From a virus (taxonomy: Duplodnaviria; Caudoviricetes), in the IMG/VR virus record IMGVR_UViG_3300021142_000137, positions 1 through 28,954 of that record: DNA of 28,954 nucleotides. One strand, written 5' to 3'. Shown one piece after another: positions 24,490 through 28,954 of this stretch. The notes under the pieces are model-generated. The model searched no databases. It saw only the letters and a program-made list of their open reading frames with translations, and was not told the DNA's origin. The number at the start of each line of letters is the position of its first letter. Position 1 is the stretch's first letter. Made by a program: the position numbers and the translations under genes.

Positions 24490-24951
24490 ATGACATCAGC
24501 TCGTTCCGAGGCAGCCTTAATTGACGCCTTAACTACTAAAGGCGACCTCATTGCCGCCTCTGCTGCGCAGACCCCAGTCACTGTTGGCGTAGGAACTAAC
24601 GGACAGGTATTAACCGCTAACTCCGCTAACACGTCTGGTCTTGGCTGGACAACTATCTCAACTGTCCCTTATACCTCGTCTTCTGTATCTAGCAATATTA
24701 CAGCGGTAGCGTTTTACAACTACTTTGCTGATACTTCTGCTGCTAGAACAATTACCCTTCCTGCATCCCCAAATATCGGAGATGAAATTCGCATTGACGA
24801 TGCCACAGGAAGCGCGGCAACCAATAACATCACTGTTGCCTCAAACGGTAATAAAATTCAAGGTTCCGTACAGAACCTCATTATTGACGTTAACTACGGT
24901 CTTGCAACTCTTATTTACACAGGCAGCACTTACGGATGGAAGGTCGCATAA
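24490..24951 (+). CDS. Short fibre/adaptor protein
   Basis: TTKGDLIAA..VGTNGQVLTANS..GLGW plus DTS..RTITLPASP..GD.I...D...NNITV..NGNKI domain; SD GGAGGT. Confidence 0.8.
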   Translation: MTSARSEAALIDALTTKGDLIAASAAQTPVTVGVGTNGQVLTANSANTSGLGWTTISTVPYTSSSVSSNITAVAFYNYFADTSAARTITLPASPNIGDEIRIDDATGSAATNNITVASNGNKIQGSVQNLIIDVNYGLATLIYTGSTYGWKVA

Positions 24952-25446
24952 ATGGCAATTAATCTATCAACTCTTGGTGGTTCTAAGACTCGTTACCAAC
25001 TCACTCTTACTTCTGGAACTTCGTACACAGTTCCCTCTGGAGTTACTTCTCTTAACGTTACTCTGTATGGTGGCGGTGGTGGTGGCGGTGGTGGTTATTT
25101 TGGTTGGGGTACATCTGGTCAAGGTTTGCCAGGACAAGTTATATCTTCTATTGTTTCTACCAGTGGTGGAGCAAGTATTGGCTATTCAATCGGCGGTGGT
25201 GGTAGTGGAAGCGCTGGTGGTGCTGCTGTTTCTACAGGTGGTGCTGGAGGAACTACAACCTTTACTGGTGCAACAAGTGCAACAGGCGGTAATGGAGGCT
25301 CAGGCGGAACTACTGCTAATGGTTCAACAGGAACACAAGCGGGAACCCAAAACAATGGCGGAGGTGGGTCTAGTAATAACAATAGTGGCAACCAAAGTGG
25401 TGGCGCTGGTGGTTCTGGAAAAATTGATATTGAGTACTGGGCATAA
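24952..25446 (+). CDS. Small glycine-rich fibre tip protein
   Basis: LTSGTSYTVPSGVT..VTLYGGGGGG...GGSGKIDIEYW. Confidence 0.8.
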   Translation: MAINLSTLGGSKTRYQLTLTSGTSYTVPSGVTSLNVTLYGGGGGGGGGYFGWGTSGQGLPGQVISSIVSTSGGASIGYSIGGGGSGSAGGAAVSTGGAGGTTTFTGATSATGGNGGSGGTTANGSTGTQAGTQNNGGGGSSNNNSGNQSGGAGGSGKIDIEYWA

Positions 25447-25456
25447 GGAGATATAA

Positions 25457-25663
25457 ATGACATTACGTCCTGAAGACCGCAAGTTTGCGGTTATTGAAGA
25501 TAACAAGGTAGTCAATATCATTGTTGGCGTAGAAGATGAAGTAGTTGCTGCCAACCCTGGCAAGTATGTTGAATACACTAATGGCTGGGTGTGCCCTGCT
25601 GGTGTAGATGACTCTGCATTCTTCCCTAAGCCAGTAGACGCGTCAGCAGAACCAACAGCTTAA
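25457..25663 (+). CDS. Small protein following the Gly-rich tip (fibre-associated/chaperone-like)
   Basis: FAVIEDNKVVNIIV...FFPKP resembles 19087-19464; SD AAGGAG. Confidence 0.7.
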   Translation: MTLRPEDRKFAVIEDNKVVNIIVGVEDEVVAANPGKYVEYTNGWVCPAGVDDSAFFPKPVDASAEPTA

Positions 25664-25686
25664 GGTCTTATCTATAGGAGTGTAAA

Positions 25687-28143
25687 TTGAGTATTCGTCA
25701 CGCTAGTGAAGAGGGCTTCAGTTTTCCTCCTGGAAGTAAGCTTGAGCGCGGTAGTTCTATATCGCGCCCAGAGTTTAAGATTAAAGATGTACCAGATGCG
25801 CCTAGTGCGCCTTCTGCTACAGATGTAGGCACTGGCCGCGCGCTTAATAATGGCGCGGCTACAGTCTCATTTACCCCAGCAGTTACAGGGGGCGCAGCCA
25901 CTTCTTACACAGTTACCTCTAGCCCTGGATCATTTACGGGCACTGGCGCCTCTTCTCCTGTTACCGTTACAGGGTTACAAAGCGCGACTTCATATACATT
26001 CTCTGTAAGCGCGGCTAATACAACTGGTACATCTTCTTCATCTGGCGCCAGTGGATCTATTACTGCAACTACTGTCCCAGGCGCGCCTACAGTAGGTACT
26101 CCAACAGTACCAACAGGCCAAGCATATGGAGCTAACGCTAACGTATCTGTCCCATTTACCGCACCCACTGCTTCGGGCGGTAAAGCTATTACCTCTTATA
26201 CAGTAACCTCATCAAGCGGTAATACTGGATCTGGGTCTTCATCTCCTATTGCTGTGTCTGATGTGGTAGGAACTGCCCGTACCTACACAGTCACTGCTAC
26301 TAACGCTAATGGCACAGGCTCAGCGTCGTCTGCTTCAGCATCAACCACTCCGCTCTCTGTTCCACAAGCGCCTACTATTGGAACTCCCACTGTAGCCACT
26401 GGACAAGCCTATACAGGGTCTGCATCTGTATCTGTACCGTTTACTGCGGGTGCAACAGGTGGCTCCTCTATTTCTTCTTACACTGTTACCTCATCAAGTG
26501 GCAATACTGCATCTGGAGCATCTAGCCCAATATCAATTTCAGATACAGTAGGAACTGCTCGTACTTATACAGTAACAGCAACAAACGCTAATGGAACTTC
26601 AACAGCCTCTTCTGCTTCGGCTTCTACTACCCCATCCTCAGTTCCACAGGCGCCAACTATTGGAACTGCTACGGCGGGTAACGCAAGTGCAACAGTGACT
26701 TACACAGCAAATGCTAATGGTGGAGCAGCAGTAACTACATACACCGCAACATCTTCTCCAGGAGGATTGACTGGAACAGGCGCAAGTCCTATTACTGTTT
26801 CAGGTCTTTCTAATGGAACTTCTTATACATTTACCGTAACAGCAACTAACTCAAATGGAACCTCAGCCGCGTCTTCTGCAAGTAATTCTGTCACCCCTAT
26901 TCAACCAGCGTATGTTGGTGAATTAAAATCATCAAATGCTGGGTACGGAATTTACTCGTACCTTGACGCAAGTAACAATGGGTATTTTGTTACTATAAAT
27001 AGCGGTCTTACTGGGGGTTATGGAGGCGTATTTTACAACGTTTCTCCTACTGGAGCGGTAAACTCAGCGGTTCAATGGACAGCATCTAGTGGAATTCAAC
27101 TTGCTTCTGCAACAGTTGATTCTTCAGGAAATATTTGGATAGTTGGTAGTGAAGGTAGTTACCCTGCTCTATGGAAATTAAATTCAAGCGGTTCCCTTTT
27201 ATTTAGTAAAACATGGACTGCAGGAGTTACAAGTCAAGCAAACGGTATTACCGTAGACTCTTCTGGAAACTTTTATGTGGCGTTTATTTCTGGTGCTATT
27301 GCAAAATACAACTCTTCAGGAACAAGGCAGTGGGCTACTAAAAAAAATACAGGCTCTACTGTAAGTTTTAACTCAGTTGCTATTGATAGCAGTGGAAACG
27401 TTTGGGGGTATGGTAACGTCACTGGAGCAAATAACTACTCATTTTTAGCAGAGTTTAACTCTAGCGGAACCTTGCAACAACAAACTGTATACAACACTAG
27501 TAATGGAAGTTCAATTGGCTATAGCATTGTATACGACTCAGCAAGTAGTTCGTTCTACGCCGTAGCAATGGCAACTGATACTAACAATTTAATAGTTGCT
27601 GCAACTATAAAGTTTGACTCCTCAGGAAACATTTCTTGGCAAAGATTTGGAAGTGAAGGTTCTTCTCGTCCTGGACAAGGATACAATCAAGTGTTTTTTG
27701 ATGGAACTTACGTCTATTCTGGTTTTTACACTGGCACTTCTACTGGTAACTTAGCAAAATATAACTCTTCTGGAACTTTGCAATATGCAAAAGACGTTTA
27801 CGGTAATTCTGGCCCTGGTGGATACGTCACTGGACCATTTGCAAGAGGTAACTACCTTGCGCTTACTGGTCAAGTATATTCTTCTTCTGCAGGAGGGCCT
27901 AATACATTCTTTGCATCTATTCCAGCGGACGGCTCTAAATCAGTAAGCACGTCTACTAATTTAAACACTACTTTTAGAATACAACCTGCTACTGGCTTTA
28001 CTGATGCTGCGGGAACATTTGGTGCCAATAATAACGTTTCAGGAGTAACCACTCCTACATGGACAACTGTTACCCCAACAGAATCAACAACTACCGCTAC
28101 TTTTGCTTCATCTACACTTACCTATGGCTATACATCTGTGTAA
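25687..28143 (+). CDS. Large adhesin: four FN3-like repeats + C-terminal beta-propeller
   Basis: Repeated VP.APTIGT...YTVTATNANGT; then VDSSGNIW, VDSSGNFY, IDSSGNVW, KYNSSGT and KFDSSGNISWQR blades; TTG start with SD AGGAG. Confidence 0.85.
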   Translation: MSIRHASEEGFSFPPGSKLERGSSISRPEFKIKDVPDAPSAPSATDVGTGRALNNGAATVSFTPAVTGGAATSYTVTSSPGSFTGTGASSPVTVTGLQSATSYTFSVSAANTTGTSSSSGASGSITATTVPGAPTVGTPTVPTGQAYGANANVSVPFTAPTASGGKAITSYTVTSSSGNTGSGSSSPIAVSDVVGTARTYTVTATNANGTGSASSASASTTPLSVPQAPTIGTPTVATGQAYTGSASVSVPFTAGATGGSSISSYTVTSSSGNTASGASSPISISDTVGTARTYTVTATNANGTSTASSASASTTPSSVPQAPTIGTATAGNASATVTYTANANGGAAVTTYTATSSPGGLTGTGASPITVSGLSNGTSYTFTVTATNSNGTSAASSASNSVTPIQPAYVGELKSSNAGYGIYSYLDASNNGYFVTINSGLTGGYGGVFYNVSPTGAVNSAVQWTASSGIQLASATVDSSGNIWIVGSEGSYPALWKLNSSGSLLFSKTWTAGVTSQANGITVDSSGNFYVAFISGAIAKYNSSGTRQWATKKNTGSTVSFNSVAIDSSGNVWGYGNVTGANNYSFLAEFNSSGTLQQQTVYNTSNGSSIGYSIVYDSASSSFYAVAMATDTNNLIVAATIKFDSSGNISWQRFGSEGSSRPGQGYNQVFFDGTYVYSGFYTGTSTGNLAKYNSSGTLQYAKDVYGNSGPGGYVTGPFARGNYLALTGQVYSSSAGGPNTFFASIPADGSKSVSTSTNLNTTFRIQPATGFTDAAGTFGANNNVSGVTTPTWTTVTPTESTTTATFASSTLTYGYTSV
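26071..26637 (+). repeat. Tandem duplication of an FN3-like unit (~285 bp x2)
   Basis: GTPTV.TGQAY...VSVPFTA...SYTVTSSSGNT.SG.SSPI..SD.VGTARTYTVTATNANGT..ASSASASTTP occurs twice; boundaries approximate. Confidence 0.85.
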
Positions 28144-28238
28144 TAATGGCAAACTACAGAACGGTTTATAAGGACTTCTTTTTCTACTTTTTTAAGTAAA
28201 TCCTTTATTATCCCTATAGATAGGGGAGAATAGTACCT

Positions 28239-28763
28239 ATGAGTAGAGCGTATACCCCTGGTGGCAGATTTACATCTGACTTTGAGCGCGGCTCTATCTC
28301 TACAGGTATTACTAATGACCTTACTAATCCTGTAGGAACCCACGCTCAATGGTGGCTTTATAACCCAACTGATACCGCCGTAGACCCTATCTATGATGTG
28401 GGCGACTCTTACTACAACGGCTCAGGCGGCAAGATGTGGACCGGCCCTTACCAGATCCAGGTTATTCGGGCGATCATCAAGCAAGGCGATACCAAGATTA
28501 GCCAGCAGGGTTTCTACAACGCTGACTACCTCCACCTAACCATTAACGCGCTAGATATTGAGAAGATAGCGCCAGGAACTATGGCTAACCCAGACTCCCG
28601 CGACCGCGATCGTATTGTCTGGAAAGGCGAAGTATTCCGCCCCTATAAGTCCCAACAAGAAGGTATTATTAGTGAGGACTTCATCCTTCTAACTGTTGAC
28701 CTAGTTCAGGTTCAACCAGAAGAAATGCAGAACGACGTTCAATTTTCTCAGTACGCTAACTAA
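28239..28763 (+). CDS. Virion structural protein, probable head-closure/neck protein
   Basis: DPIYDVG...W.GP...GFYNAD.LHLT...DRIVWKGEVFRP resembles head-closure beta-barrels; SD GGGGAG. Confidence 0.55.
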   Translation: MSRAYTPGGRFTSDFERGSISTGITNDLTNPVGTHAQWWLYNPTDTAVDPIYDVGDSYYNGSGGKMWTGPYQIQVIRAIIKQGDTKISQQGFYNADYLHLTINALDIEKIAPGTMANPDSRDRDRIVWKGEVFRPYKSQQEGIISEDFILLTVDLVQVQPEEMQNDVQFSQYAN

Positions 28764-28771
28764 GGAGCCAC

Positions 28772-28954
28772 ATGGCACTCACACACTCGGTTGTTACGCT
28801 TAATGCCTCAACCGCAACCCTACTTAACAATGACCCTGCGGTTACTGTTGGCCCAGAAGTTCGTAACACCTGGCAGTATGGAAGCATCTCTATTCAGAAC
28901 ACAGACGCATCTATTGTTGTCTATGTAGGCGCATCTAACGTTACTTCTACCTCT
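28772..28954 (+). CDS. Partial hypothetical protein (runs off the window)
   Basis: SD AAGGAG, ATG 28772, open to the end: MALTHSVVTLNASTATLLN...SISIQNTDASIVVYVGASNVTSTS. Not in the supplied ORF track. Confidence 0.75.
   Translation, partial: MALTHSVVTLNASTATLLNNDPAVTVGPEVRNTWQYGSISIQNTDASIVVYVGASNVTSTS

Noticed and set aside
24949-24954. In-frame TAA-ATG junctions (also 4037-4042) as read-through fusions
   Set aside because: Adjacent stop-start with ATG is ordinary translational coupling; 4040 has its own good SD.
17564-28143. Diversity-generating retroelement acting on adhesin tips
   Set aside because: No reverse transcriptase, and no near-identical repeat pair differing only at adenines was seen; paralogous segments differ at all base types.
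1-28954. Genome-wide TAG reassignment (alternative genetic code)
   Set aside because: Core genes are intact in the standard code, and TAG ends genes at natural positions (capsid gene; TAGTG overlap at 23848-23852).

Overview
This window is the lysis, packaging, head and fibre region of a tailed dsDNA phage (Caudoviricetes). Almost every gene is on the + strand. Gene content and two apparent leaderless promoters suggest an actinobacterial host (inference). Order of modules: (1) lysis cluster with a CHAP endolysin, a permuted NlpC/P60 protein and four small membrane proteins (62-2902); (2) small Zn-finger, KTSC and hypothetical genes; (3) terminase large subunit, portal, scaffold and N4-gp56-like major capsid protein; (4) a free-standing EndoVII/HNH homing endonuclease; (5) a head-tail adaptor carrying an extra C-terminal fibre-attachment-like domain; (6) a ~15 kb block of modular fibre/adhesin genes (nearly proline-free Gly-X-Gln collagens, FN3, Gly-rich and beta-propeller tips), interrupted by a four-gene sugar-modification cassette; (7) a probable head-closure gene. 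The most interesting signals are a possible branched plug-and-socket fibre assembly system built from split and shared modules, a candidate ~67-nt CU-loop sRNA/attenuator in front of terminase, a 23-bp promoter/operator shared by terminase and portal, and a hairpin that hides the endonuclease RBS and overlaps its own promoter. No tRNA, rRNA, CRISPR array or integrase was seen. All family assignments come from motif recognition by eye; no database searches were run.
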